The translations under genes were made by a program, and so were the position numbers. From Cyclobacteriaceae bacterium (lineage in GTDB: Bacteria; Bacteroidota; Bacteroidia; Cytophagales; Cyclobacteriaceae), in assembly GCA_036771215.1 (NCBI GenBank), contig DAIPHR010000001.1, forward strand, positions 1-36,532: 36,532 nucleotides of DNA, in the 5' to 3' direction. Below, piece by piece: positions 8,886 to 18,011 of the stretch (position 1 is the first letter of the stretch; each line of letters opens with the position of its first letter). A model generated the notes under the pieces. The model worked only from the letters and a program-made list of their open reading frames with translations. It had not been told where the DNA came from and made no database searches.

Positions 8886-9319
8886 TACTTAACGCGCGAA
8901 AAAAAATACTTGATTGTTTTAGTGCCCCCGCTGACCAGTGCCTGAAAGTGGTCTTCATCCATTCTCTTGTAAATAATGCGTTGGGGGAAATCATGCTCCG
9001 GATTCTCCGCAACAAATCCCTGGGCATCGTGAGACGTGATGCGAAACCAGACGGGGCCTTGGCGGCCGGCTACATCGGGCACGTAAAAGAAGTGGTCGCC
9101 TTTTTTCACTATTCGGATTTGTTCGGTCACGTTTTTGCGGCCCGTGGTCGCCTTTTCATACCCTTCACCCTGTACGATCTTCCCCTTTAGCTTCCAGCTC
9201 TCAAAGGCGGTACCATCCTCGATAACCCACGTGCCCACCAGCCACCGGAATTCGGCTTCCTGGGCCGGGGCCACCACCGGCAGCGAAAGAAACAGGATGG
9301 CTACTGCCCACTTGACCAT
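8885..9319 (-). CDS. Secreted hypothetical protein, DUF6265-like
   Basis: Signal peptide, WLVGTW, FESW, ENPEHDFPQRIIY. Its stop overlaps the rlmI start (TAATG). ATG 9319 preferred over TTG 9325. Confidence 0.75.
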   Translation of the reverse strand: MVKWAVAILFLSLPVVAPAQEAEFRWLVGTWVIEDGTAFESWKLKGKIVQGEGYEKATTGRKNVTEQIRIVKKGDHFFYVPDVAGRQGPVWFRITSHDAQGFVAENPEHDFPQRIIYKRMDEDHFQALVSGGTKTIKYFFSRVK

Positions 9320-9506
9320 GGCCAAAAATACCCATTATATTTCGAGTGCCATTACGGACAGCTTCGGGGAACCCAAACTGACAAAATTTCGTATATATGA
9401 AACGGCATATATTTTGAGAGCGTGCAGGTCGTGTAGATGAGGTAAAACTAATGCGGGGCCGCCAGCATCATGAGCGGTTACCGAATCACAAAAAACAGAA
9501 AAAACT

Positions 9507-11021
9507 ATGAAGCAATTTGCTATGGTATTAGTGGCGGCCGTTATGGGCAGTGTATTGACGCTGGTCGCCCACAACTGGTGGACGAAAGGTCAGCAAGGGG
9601 TCATTATTGAGCGCACCAGTAACCCCGTGGCTACCCAAATTGGCTACACGGTAAATGAAAAGGGTGAGGCTATCCCGCTGGATTTTGTTTCGATAGCTGA
9701 AAAATCCATGAACGCGGTGGTCCACATCAAATCAACACAGGGCGAGCGATCCCTAAACCGCGATCAGCCGCAACGCAACCCCTTCGAATTTTATTTCGGT
9801 CCGGAAAATCCTTTCGAGAACCGTGGGCCCAGTGCCAGTAGTGGTTCAGGCGTAATCATCAACCCGGAGGGATACATAGTTACCAACAACCACGTAGTGC
9901 AAAATGCCGATGTCGTAGAAGTTACGCTGCATGATAATCGTTCATTCAAGGCAGAGGTGGTGGGTACTGACCCTGACACCGACCTGGCTGTGATCAAGAT
10001 CAACCAGAAGCAACTGCCCTATCTTCAATTTGTAGACTCGGACCAGGCCAAAGTAGGCGAATGGGTATTGGCGGTAGGTAATCCGTTTAATCTCAATTCG
10101 ACTGTAACCGCGGGCATCATCAGCGCCAAGGGTCGGAATATTAACATCATAAGTTCCAACATGCAGAGGCAAAATTCGCGGGACGGTGAAATACCCCTGA
10201 ACACGGCCATTGAGTCGTTCATTCAGACCGATGCAGCCATTAACCCTGGCAACAGCGGTGGTGCGTTAGTCAATATGAGCGGTGGCCTGGTGGGAATTAA
10301 CACCGCCATTGCGTCACCAACCGGCTCCTACAGCGGCTACGGATTTGCCGTGCCTTCGAATTTAGTGAGCAAAATTGTAGAAGATCTCATTGCCTATGGA
10401 GCGGTACAGCGGGGCTGGCTGGGCATTACCGTGCAAAATGTGACGCCCGATTTGGTGAAGGAAGTAGACCTAAAAGTCAACGAAGGCGCCTATGTAGCCG
10501 GGTTTGCCGACAAGAGTGCAGCCAAAGATGCCGGATTGAAGGAGGGTGACGTGGTTACACGTCTTGATAACACCGACATCAAATCCAACACGGCTTTGAT
10601 CGAGTATATTGGTCGCAAGCGACCGGGTGACAAAATCAACGTAACGGTTAACCGCGCGGGGAAGTCAGTCGTCATTCCGGTAACGCTGAAAACACGTGGA
10701 GGTCGAGTAGAAACCCTCAAGCGTGAAGAAAAAGATGCTGTGGCCTCATTGGGCTTGGAGCTGGAAGACGTAGAGGCGAAAACACTGAAAAAACTTGAAA
10801 TCAACAGCGGAGTAAAAGTGAAGTTATTGTCCAGCGGCCGGGTTGCCCGATATACTGATATGCGGGATGGCTTCATCATTACGCACGTAGACGACAAGCC
10901 GGTGAAGTCTGCGGCAGAACTAAATACACTCTTGAAAAATAAAAAACCGGGTGAAACGGTGACGTTTGCGGGTATTTATGAAGATTATCCCCGCGAATAC
11001 ATCTATGCCCTACGTATGTAG
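9507..11021 (+). CDS. htrA: Do/HtrA family serine endopeptidase with two PDZ domains
   Basis: GSGVII, TNNHVV (His), DTDLAVIKI (Asp), IQTDAAINPGNSGG (Ser), RGWLGI and C-terminal PDZ repeats. Confidence 0.95.
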   Translation: MKQFAMVLVAAVMGSVLTLVAHNWWTKGQQGVIIERTSNPVATQIGYTVNEKGEAIPLDFVSIAEKSMNAVVHIKSTQGERSLNRDQPQRNPFEFYFGPENPFENRGPSASSGSGVIINPEGYIVTNNHVVQNADVVEVTLHDNRSFKAEVVGTDPDTDLAVIKINQKQLPYLQFVDSDQAKVGEWVLAVGNPFNLNSTVTAGIISAKGRNINIISSNMQRQNSRDGEIPLNTAIESFIQTDAAINPGNSGGALVNMSGGLVGINTAIASPTGSYSGYGFAVPSNLVSKIVEDLIAYGAVQRGWLGITVQNVTPDLVKEVDLKVNEGAYVAGFADKSAAKDAGLKEGDVVTRLDNTDIKSNTALIEYIGRKRPGDKINVTVNRAGKSVVIPVTLKTRGGRVETLKREEKDAVASLGLELEDVEAKTLKKLEINSGVKVKLLSSGRVARYTDMRDGFIITHVDDKPVKSAAELNTLLKNKKPGETVTFAGIYEDYPREYIYALRM

Positions 11022-11040
11022 TAGGAAATGATTGTTTGAT

Positions 11041-11214
11041 ATGAGGAGACTTTTTCGAATTGGTGATCGGGTGCGCAGTAAGCGTGACGGTCGGGTGATG
11101 GAGGTACTGAAGTACCTGAAATCAAATCTGCTGGAGTTACGTTGGTTCGATGTTGAGTCAAGAGAAGTACGACATCAAAAGTTGAAGGAAGACCAGATTT
11201 CAAGGGCTGCCTGA
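11041..11214 (+). CDS. Small protein, DUF2158/YodC-like
   Basis: FRIGDRVRSKRDGRVMEV...LRWFD pattern. It sits between htrA and a strong terminator. Confidence 0.6.
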   Translation: MRRLFRIGDRVRSKRDGRVMEVLKYLKSNLLELRWFDVESREVRHQKLKEDQISRAA

Positions 11215-11217
11215 GTC

Positions 11218-11251
11218 AAAGGCCATCGTAAGAACGATGGCCTTTTTCTTT
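11218..11251 (+). terminator. Rho-independent terminator after htrA and the small ORF
   Basis: Perfect 12-bp stem AAAGGCCATCGT-aaga-ACGATGGCCTTT followed by TTCTTT. Confidence 0.85.
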
Positions 11252-11289
11252 GCCCCGTGTTCCCTATTCAGAAACAAGAACAATCCGCG

Positions 11290-11297
11290 TACCTTTG
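11290..11297 (+). promoter_or_regulatory. -7 element (TAnnTTTG) for ispH
   Basis: TACCTTTG is an exact consensus match, downstream of the terminator and 26 nt before the proposed start. Confidence 0.6.
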
Positions 11298-11323
11298 GGT
11301 TTTTACCATCAAGCATCCCGACT

Positions 11324-12550
11324 ATCAAAAAGTTTGACATACCCGTTTTTTATCGGTCATCCATCACCGGCCGCGTAAAAGAAGCCAGACGCCTCCAGGA
11401 TCTGCGCAAGCAGGATTTCGCTCCGGCCGAACTGGATTTTGGGCCGGTAAGGTTCATTCTGCCGCGTCACTTCGGGTTTTGTTATGGCGTTGAGAACGCC
11501 ATTGAAATAAGTTACCGGGCTATCGAAGAAAATCCGACCCGGCAGGTGTATCTGCTCAGCCAGATGATTCACAACCAGGAAGTGAACCGCGACCTGGAGA
11601 GCCGGGGCATCCGCTTCATCATGGATACGGATGGAACGCAATTGATTGCATGGGATCAGATTTCGCGCGAAGACGTGGTGATTATCCCGGCCTTTGGCAC
11701 AACGCTGGAGATTGAACAGCTTCTGCTGGATAAAGGAGTTGAAGTGCAACAATACAACACTACGTGTCCGTTTGTAGAGAAGGTGTGGAACCGGGCTGAG
11801 AAATTGGGACGCGAAGATTTCACGATTATCATCCACGGCAAACCCCGCCATGAGGAAACACGGGCGACCTTTTCGCACAGCACCCGGGCCGGAGCATCGG
11901 TAGTGGTGCGCGACATGGAAGAATCCATTCGCCTGGCCGCGTACATAAAAGGACAACGGCCTGCGGATGAATTTTTTCAGGAATTTGCCGGGCGATTTTC
12001 CCCGGGCTTTGATCCGCAGAAAGATCTGCAACGCGTGGGGGTAGTGAACCAAACCACCATGCTGGCCAGCGAAACACAGGGCATTGCGGACTTCTTCCGA
12101 CAGGTGATGATCGAAAAGTACGGTGCCGGCAATATCAAACAGCATTTTGCAGACACCCGTGATACCTTGTGCTACGCCACAAACGACAACCAGGACAGCA
12201 CCTATGAACTGCTGAAAACAAAGGCTGACCTGGCACTGGTGGTGGGCGGATACAACAGCTCCAATACCTCCCACATTGTTGAATTGTGTGAGCGTCAGTT
12301 TCCCACGTACTTCATCAATTCCGACAGTGAAATAAAATCCTCAACGGAAATTCACCATTTCGACTATCCAAACAAAGTCAAAAAAACATCTCACCACTTC
12401 TTGCCGGATCATACCCCGGTATCTATCGTTCTGACGAGTGGTGCCAGTTGCCCGGATACCTTGGTTGACCGCGTGATGATGCGGTTGCTTGAATTCTTTC
12501 CGGCCGCTCGGCCGCTCGATGAAGTGCTTCGTCCCTACAACGTAGCCTGA
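11324..12550 (+). CDS. ispH: 4-hydroxy-3-methylbut-2-enyl diphosphate reductase (long Bacteroidota form); start codon appears to be ATC
   Basis: Three Fe-S cysteines in GFCYGV, TTCPFV and TLCYAT, plus IHN, NQTT, VVGGYNSSNT and TSGASCP. The ORF-track ATG 11237 lies inside the upstream terminator stem. Confidence 0.93.
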   Translation: MKKFDIPVFYRSSITGRVKEARRLQDLRKQDFAPAELDFGPVRFILPRHFGFCYGVENAIEISYRAIEENPTRQVYLLSQMIHNQEVNRDLESRGIRFIMDTDGTQLIAWDQISREDVVIIPAFGTTLEIEQLLLDKGVEVQQYNTTCPFVEKVWNRAEKLGREDFTIIIHGKPRHEETRATFSHSTRAGASVVVRDMEESIRLAAYIKGQRPADEFFQEFAGRFSPGFDPQKDLQRVGVVNQTTMLASETQGIADFFRQVMIEKYGAGNIKQHFADTRDTLCYATNDNQDSTYELLKTKADLALVVGGYNSSNTSHIVELCERQFPTYFINSDSEIKSSTEIHHFDYPNKVKKTSHHFLPDHTPVSIVLTSGASCPDTLVDRVMMRLLEFFPAARPLDEVLRPYNVA

Positions 12551-12576
12551 CATCGCCAAAACCTTTACCTTTCAGC

Positions 12577-14631
12577 ATGCTTCGCTGCCTGCTTCTCCTG
12601 ACTTTTGGTCTGGGTGTCTTTTGGCAACTTAACGCACAGCCTGCACCAGACACCACGCGTCTGTTGGAAGAAGTAACCGTGCGCGCCTTTGAGAGCAACC
12701 GGGCGGCCCGCGAAGTGCCTGCTGCCATTGCCTTATTGGGCCCCGCGGACATGCAGCGGTTTTCAAACGCCACTCTTGTTCAGGCCGTCAATACAGTATC
12801 AGGCGTGCGCATGGAAGAACGGTCGCCCGGCAGCTATCGCTTGTCCATTCGCGGCAGCACCTTGCGCTCGCCCTTTGGCGTGCGAAACGTGAAGATGTAT
12901 TGGAATGAGTTACCCTTTACCGACCCCAGCGGCAATAGCTATTTGAACATGCTTGACCCGGCTGCGCTCCACCACCTGGAAATTATCAAGGGCCCTGGTT
13001 CGAGCCTCTACGGTGCAGGAACCGGTGGTGTGCTGCTCTTACGCAGTGAAAATCCGCGGAATGAGCGGGGCCTGGGACTTGGCTATCTCGGGGGTAGTTA
13101 TGGTCAGCAGAACTGGCAGGTGGCCTACCGGGAGGGAAGTGATCGGTCCAGCCAGCAGATTCAATACCTGCACCAGCAAAATGACGGGTACCGCACCCAG
13201 AGCCGAATGGTGCGCGATATGATCAACAGTACATTCCGTTTCGAAACATCGGACCGCCAGGTGCTTGAAACATCAATACTCTATGGCGATTTGTATTACC
13301 AGACGCCCGGAGGACTGACGGAAGCTGAAATGCTGGCCGACCCCCGACAGGCACGGCCCGCCACAAGCCTGCCAAGTGCCGTGGCCCAACAGGCTGCGGT
13401 GGCCTCACGTTTTTTCTTTGCCGGTATCACACACCAGTATCGGTTTGACCGGTGGCAGAACCGAACCAGCGTGTACGGGAATCTGGTGAATTTTGAAAAT
13501 GCGGCTATCCGAAATTACGAACGAAGAGTTGAGCAGAGTTTTGGGGGCCGCACGGTGACGGAAGTGCCGCTTACGCTGGGTCAGGGCCGCATGTCTCTGA
13601 CAGGGGGCGGAGAGTTTCAATCCGGATTTTCGCCCGTAAAAGTTTACCAAAACCTCGGGGGCCACACGGGAATACTTCAGAGTGACAATGAAGTTCGGAT
13701 ATGGAATTACAGTGTGTTTGGCCAGGCTGAGATTTTCTGGCGCAAGTGGACTGCCACGGCTGGCGCCAGCTTTAATGGGCTTACGTATTCGATTCAAACG
13801 CTTTCTTCGGTACCGGCCTTGATTCAGGAGCGGAAGTTTTCACCTGTGGTGTCGCCCCGGCTGGCAACACTTTATTCTGTTAATGATTTTGTCAGTCTGT
13901 ATGCGCAGGCCAGCTATGGATTTTCTCCGCCTACGGTTGCAGAAATTCTTCCGTCAACAGGCCTGTTGAATACGAGCCTGAACCCCGAGACCGGCTTGAA
14001 TCTGGAAACTGGAATAAAGGGAGAGTGGCTGAACAAACAACTGACTCTTGAGGCCGCAGTTTACTATTTCCGGCTTGACGAGACGATTGTGGTTCGCAGA
14101 GACAGCAGTGGCGCTGACTATTTTGTTAATGCCGGCAGTACCGACCAGCGCGGGCTGGAGTTGATGGCGTCATTTGAGCCGGCCCAGAGGCCGCGCAGGG
14201 GTTACTGGGAAATTTGGTAGTGTGTAACGCTGAACCGCTATTTTTTACGCGCCGTGATGAAGTTGGAGGATGAATTTAGCGGCAACCGACTGACGGGGGT
14301 ACCCAACGAAGTGATTTTGGCTGGGTTGGACTTCGCAACAGCAACGGGGCTTTACCTGAGCCTGGTCGCCAATTACACCAGTTCGCTTCCTCTAAATGAT
14401 TCTAACCTTGACTTTGCGGATAGCTTCCTGTTGCTAAGCGTCCGGGCCGGTTACAAAAGAAAAATAGGGACTCATCAAGCCGATCTGTTTGTGGGGGGTG
14501 ACAACCTGCTTGACGAACTTTACAGTCTGGGAAATGACCTGAACGCTACAGGCGGTCGCTTTTTTAATCCGGCAGCCGGCCGCACATTTTACGCGGGTGT
14601 AAACCTCCGCTTTAATGCGAAGGCGAACTAA
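12577..14631 (+). pseudogene. TonB-dependent receptor interrupted by one in-frame TAG (14218..14220); possibly a sequence error
   Basis: TonB box LEEVTVRA, plug motifs LSIRG and LEIIKGPGSSLYG, LNPETG. The downstream ORF 14254..14631 is in the same frame and supplies the barrel end (DNLLDELY...GRTFYAGVNLRF). Confidence 0.85.
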
Positions 14632-15365
14632 GCCTTCACCAGAAATTGCTCCAGGTCTTTCAGCTGTAAGATACCTTCGTAGTAGGCCTTGCCAAAGATG
14701 ACGGCAAAAATGCCCATGTCATTGAGGCGTTTGATATCATCAACACCCCGAACACCACCGCTGGCCAGTATTTGCAAATCCGGAAACTGTTCGAGCATTT
14801 CCTGATAAAACGAAAAGGCCGGTCCCTCCAAAACGCCATCGCGCGAGATGTCCGTGGTTTTCACATACTTCAACCCACGCTCATAAAAATGATTGACATG
14901 ATCGAAGAGCGTAAGTTCACTTGTTTTTTGCCACCCGCGGAAGGCCACGCGCTTGCTCTTAATGTCCGTGACATCCGCGCCAAGCGTGATTTTTTCGCGG
15001 CCATAACTCACGATCCAGGACGAAAACAACTCGGGTGCCGTTATAGCAATACTGGAAGCCGTGATGTAACTGGCACCGGCTTCGTAGGCCTTAGCAATGT
15101 CACCATCCGTACAAATACCGCCTGTAAAATCGATTTTCAGATCGGTGTGCCCGGCAATGGCCTCAATGACATGGAAATTCTTCGGGCTTCCTTTTTCAGC
15201 GCCATCCAGATCGACCAGGTGAACGACTTCAATGCCGTGATCAAAAAATCGTTTGGCCAGGTCCAATGGGTTTTCGTCATACGCCTTCTCGCTGGAAGGA
15301 TCGCCCTTGCGCATTTTAACTACTTTACCTTTTCGAATCGCTATTGATGGGATTACCTGTATCAT
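14628..15365 (-). CDS. hisA: HisA-like (ProFAR isomerase family) TIM-barrel protein; stand-alone paralog with altered active site
   Basis: HLVDLDGA, TDISRDGVLEGP, ILASGGV and IFGKAYYEG are HisA motifs. Strand 1 reads IPSIAI instead of IPAIDL. Confidence 0.8.
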   Translation of the reverse strand: MIQVIPSIAIRKGKVVKMRKGDPSSEKAYDENPLDLAKRFFDHGIEVVHLVDLDGAEKGSPKNFHVIEAIAGHTDLKIDFTGGICTDGDIAKAYEAGASYITASSIAITAPELFSSWIVSYGREKITLGADVTDIKSKRVAFRGWQKTSELTLFDHVNHFYERGLKYVKTTDISRDGVLEGPAFSFYQEMLEQFPDLQILASGGVRGVDDIKRLNDMGIFAVIFGKAYYEGILQLKDLEQFLVKA

Positions 15366-15387
15366 GACAGTCGTCTGTAATATTTGG

Positions 15388-15939
15388 TTATTGGGTAGTA
15401 AAAGGAACTGCCACCAACGTTTTGTCCCAAATCAAAATTAACTCAAACCCCTCGCCAGTCTTTTCAACATTGATGGTAAAGTTTTCGAACTCTTTTTCCT
15501 GGATCACGACCGGCACGTCTACGCTCAACGCATCAGTTTCGGGTTGGCGCGAAGGGCCGTCAAACTTAACACCCCAGGAGGGAATGTTGGTATTGAATAT
15601 AATGGTCCAGGTCTGTTCATTGGGGATAGTCCATACACTATACTTCCCCTTTTTTAATTTCTGCCCGTTAATAAGCAAGTCCTGACTGGTTTCAAAAGTG
15701 GTGGGCTCATTCGCACCCGTTCTCCACACTTTGCCAAAGGGTACCAGCCCGTCAGGAGCAAAAATGATGCGGCCCTTCTTGCCCGGGCTATTGTAAAAAA
15801 CGTTAACGGTGAGGTCGCCTGAGGTGAAATTGACGATTTCTTCCGGACTGAATTTTTTGGTATAGTAAAAGCGAAAAAATGCCAGTAATCCCACTATGAT
15901 AAGAGCCAGGATACCGGCAATAAGTAAGAATCGTTTCAT
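15388..15939 (-). CDS. DUF2911 domain-containing membrane-anchored protein
   Basis: YNSPGKKGRIIF, LVPFGKVWRTGANEPT, GKYSVWTIP and WDKTLVAVP, with an N-terminal TM segment. Confidence 0.85.
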   Translation of the reverse strand: MKRFLLIAGILALIIVGLLAFFRFYYTKKFSPEEIVNFTSGDLTVNVFYNSPGKKGRIIFAPDGLVPFGKVWRTGANEPTTFETSQDLLINGQKLKKGKYSVWTIPNEQTWTIIFNTNIPSWGVKFDGPSRQPETDALSVDVPVVIQEKEFENFTINVEKTGEGFELILIWDKTLVAVPFTTQ

Positions 15940-16047
15940 TTCACTAAGCAGTTTATTTAGCCTTGGGTTCTAATTTTTTGATTCGAGGTAACAAAATTCC
16001 TGAAAAGGACTTTAATTTTACCCCTTCTAACTCAAAAAATAAAGCCC

Positions 16048-16155
16048 ATGAGCGTCTTTTTAGTTGTTATTGCCCTTTTCATTCTTGCCATCGCCTGCGT
16101 GTGGATTATTCCCAACAAGAAAATCAGCAATAACGAGCACGACAACAAGCATTAA
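16048..16155 (+). CDS. Putative 35-aa single-pass membrane peptide
   Basis: MSVFLVVIALFILAIACVWIIPNKKISNNEHDNKH*. It has an A-rich leader, fills the gap before LOG, and is below the ORF-track cutoff. Confidence 0.6.
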   Translation: MSVFLVVIALFILAIACVWIIPNKKISNNEHDNKH

Positions 16156-16172
16156 AATCTAGACGCGGGGGC

Positions 16173-16715
16173 ATGAACCTGTGCGTTTTTTGCGGCTCCC
16201 GCAAGGGCACCCGCCCGGAATTTGAACGAGCAGCCAACAAAATCGGCCGCCTTATGGCTGAATGCGGCATCACATTGGTTTATGGCGGGGGCAATATAGG
16301 CCTCATGGGCGTTTTGGCTGATGCCGTGTTGGCCGGAGGCGGCCAGGTAATTGGGGTCATTCCGGACTTCCTGATGCAACGCGAGGTAGGCCACCGAGGG
16401 GTTACCCAACTGGAGATTGTGGGCAGCATGCACGAGCGGAAGCGTAGAATGGCCGACTTAGCCGATGCATTTGTCGCCTTGCCTGGCGGTTGGGGAACGC
16501 TGGACGAACTAGCTGAAATTCTAACCTGGAAGCAACTGGGCCTTGTAAGCGCGCCCGTTGGCCTGCTGAACACCCACCTCTTCTTTAACCCGTTACTGGC
16601 GCAAATGCAGGACATGGTAACCCACGGATTTTTGGACCAGCCATCCCTGCAAAACCTTTTGGTCGAAACCGAAGAGCGAAAATTGCTCGAACGATGCGGT
16701 CTCATCCGCGTTTAA
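16173..16715 (+). CDS. LOG family (TIGR00730) nucleotide phosphoribohydrolase
   Basis: CVFCGS, LVYGGGNIGLMG, MHERK and LPGGWGTLDE motif. Confidence 0.93.
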   Translation: MNLCVFCGSRKGTRPEFERAANKIGRLMAECGITLVYGGGNIGLMGVLADAVLAGGGQVIGVIPDFLMQREVGHRGVTQLEIVGSMHERKRRMADLADAFVALPGGWGTLDELAEILTWKQLGLVSAPVGLLNTHLFFNPLLAQMQDMVTHGFLDQPSLQNLLVETEERKLLERCGLIRV

Positions 16716-16763
16716 ACACCATCAGCGGTATCTAAATTTTTAATAGCTTACCGGAACCATCAT

Positions 16764-18002
16764 ATGGTTCAACGTATTGCCGGCATACTTGTGGCTTTGT
16801 CCGCTTCCTTCTGCACTCATGCGCAGGAAGTACTGGGCTTTTCACTGGCTGAAGGCAAACAAAAAGTTAGCATTCCGATTCAAATTCAGAATAACCTCGT
16901 GATTGTGCCGGTTGTTCTAAATGGCCAATTGCCACTAAAGTTCATTCTGGATACCGGAGTTCGCACATCCATCCTTACGGAAAAGATTTACAGCGATATT
17001 CTCAACCTCTCTTATTCGCGGAGGTACAGCATTGCTGGACCCGGTGGCGAAAAACTGGTGGAGGCCTATGTAACAAATGATGTGTCACTTGCGATGCCAG
17101 GGGTAAACAGCCGTGGCCATGCGCTGTTAGTGTTGGAAAAAGACTACCTGGAGTTGCGAAACACCTTGGGTATGGATGTTCACGGGGTGCTGGGCTACGA
17201 GTTGTTCAGTCGGTTTATCATCGATATCGATTATGAACAGCGGATGCTCACGTTAATGCTACCTGAACGCTTTCGGGCCCGCAGGCGTTTTGCGAAGTTG
17301 CCGATTACCATTGAAGATACGAAGCCTTACCTGGAAACCATTATTCAGGTGTCGGATACCTCGCGTGTGCCCGTTAAGTTGATGATGGATAGTGGTGCCA
17401 GCCACGGCCTGCTGTTGGAGCAAACGGAAAACGGACAGATTCGCATGCCTGAAAAGCACGTCAGCAGTATCATCGGGCGAGGGTTGGGCGGAGTCATTAC
17501 GGGTCAAATCGGACGGATCAAATCGATTCGCCTGGGCCGATATCTGTTGAGAGGACCTCTGGTGAATTTTCCTGACGAATACAGCTATCGCGATACCTTG
17601 AAAACCAGTGGTGCCATCTTTCGCAATGGCACCATCGGGGGTGAGGTGCTCAGCCGGTTTCATGTCATTTTCGATTTTCCACGTGAAGTCGTATACCTGA
17701 AGAAAAATGCTGCCTACAAAAAAGGATTCTTTTACAACATGAGCGGAATCACGCTCAAGGCAAAGGGTTCGCGTCTGCGCAATTTTGAAGTCACCAACGT
17801 GCGACCGGATTCACCCGCAGCTCGGGCAGACATCAAAACAGGTGATGATTTGGTGATGATAAATGGCGCTAAAACCTCAGATTTAACATTGGATGAAGTA
17901 ATTGCGTTTCTTAATCAAAAACCCGGCAAAAAACTTCATCTGGAAGTTAGTCGCGAGGGTGAACGATTGAAAAAACGGATTACACTTGAAAATTCCCTTT
18001 GA
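16764..18002 (+). CDS. Secreted tandem retropepsin-like aspartyl protease with C-terminal PDZ domain
   Basis: FILDTG...GVLGY and LMMDSGA...GTIGG motifs, PDZ segment VRPDSPAARADIKTGD, and a signal peptide. Confidence 0.88.
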   Translation: MVQRIAGILVALSASFCTHAQEVLGFSLAEGKQKVSIPIQIQNNLVIVPVVLNGQLPLKFILDTGVRTSILTEKIYSDILNLSYSRRYSIAGPGGEKLVEAYVTNDVSLAMPGVNSRGHALLVLEKDYLELRNTLGMDVHGVLGYELFSRFIIDIDYEQRMLTLMLPERFRARRRFAKLPITIEDTKPYLETIIQVSDTSRVPVKLMMDSGASHGLLLEQTENGQIRMPEKHVSSIIGRGLGGVITGQIGRIKSIRLGRYLLRGPLVNFPDEYSYRDTLKTSGAIFRNGTIGGEVLSRFHVIFDFPREVVYLKKNAAYKKGFFYNMSGITLKAKGSRLRNFEVTNVRPDSPAARADIKTGDDLVMINGAKTSDLTLDEVIAFLNQKPGKKLHLEVSREGERLKKRITLENSL

Positions 18003-18011
18003 ACAGAAATA

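Noticed and set aside
11357..12274. 305-aa minus-strand ORF and other long antisense ORFs (5456..6067, 14772..15347, 32610..33290)
   Set aside because: Each lies wholly opposite a well-supported gene and lacks family motifs.
11324..12550. ispH as a dedicated isoprenoid-supply gene of the PKS/UbiA cluster
   Set aside because: It is more than 8 kb from UbiA with unrelated genes between, and it is a core MEP-pathway gene; linkage is unsupported.
8349..14220. Stop-codon reassignment or readthrough to explain the two interrupted genes
   Set aside because: The stops differ (TAA and TAG), both codons terminate many normal genes here, and RF1 is intact.
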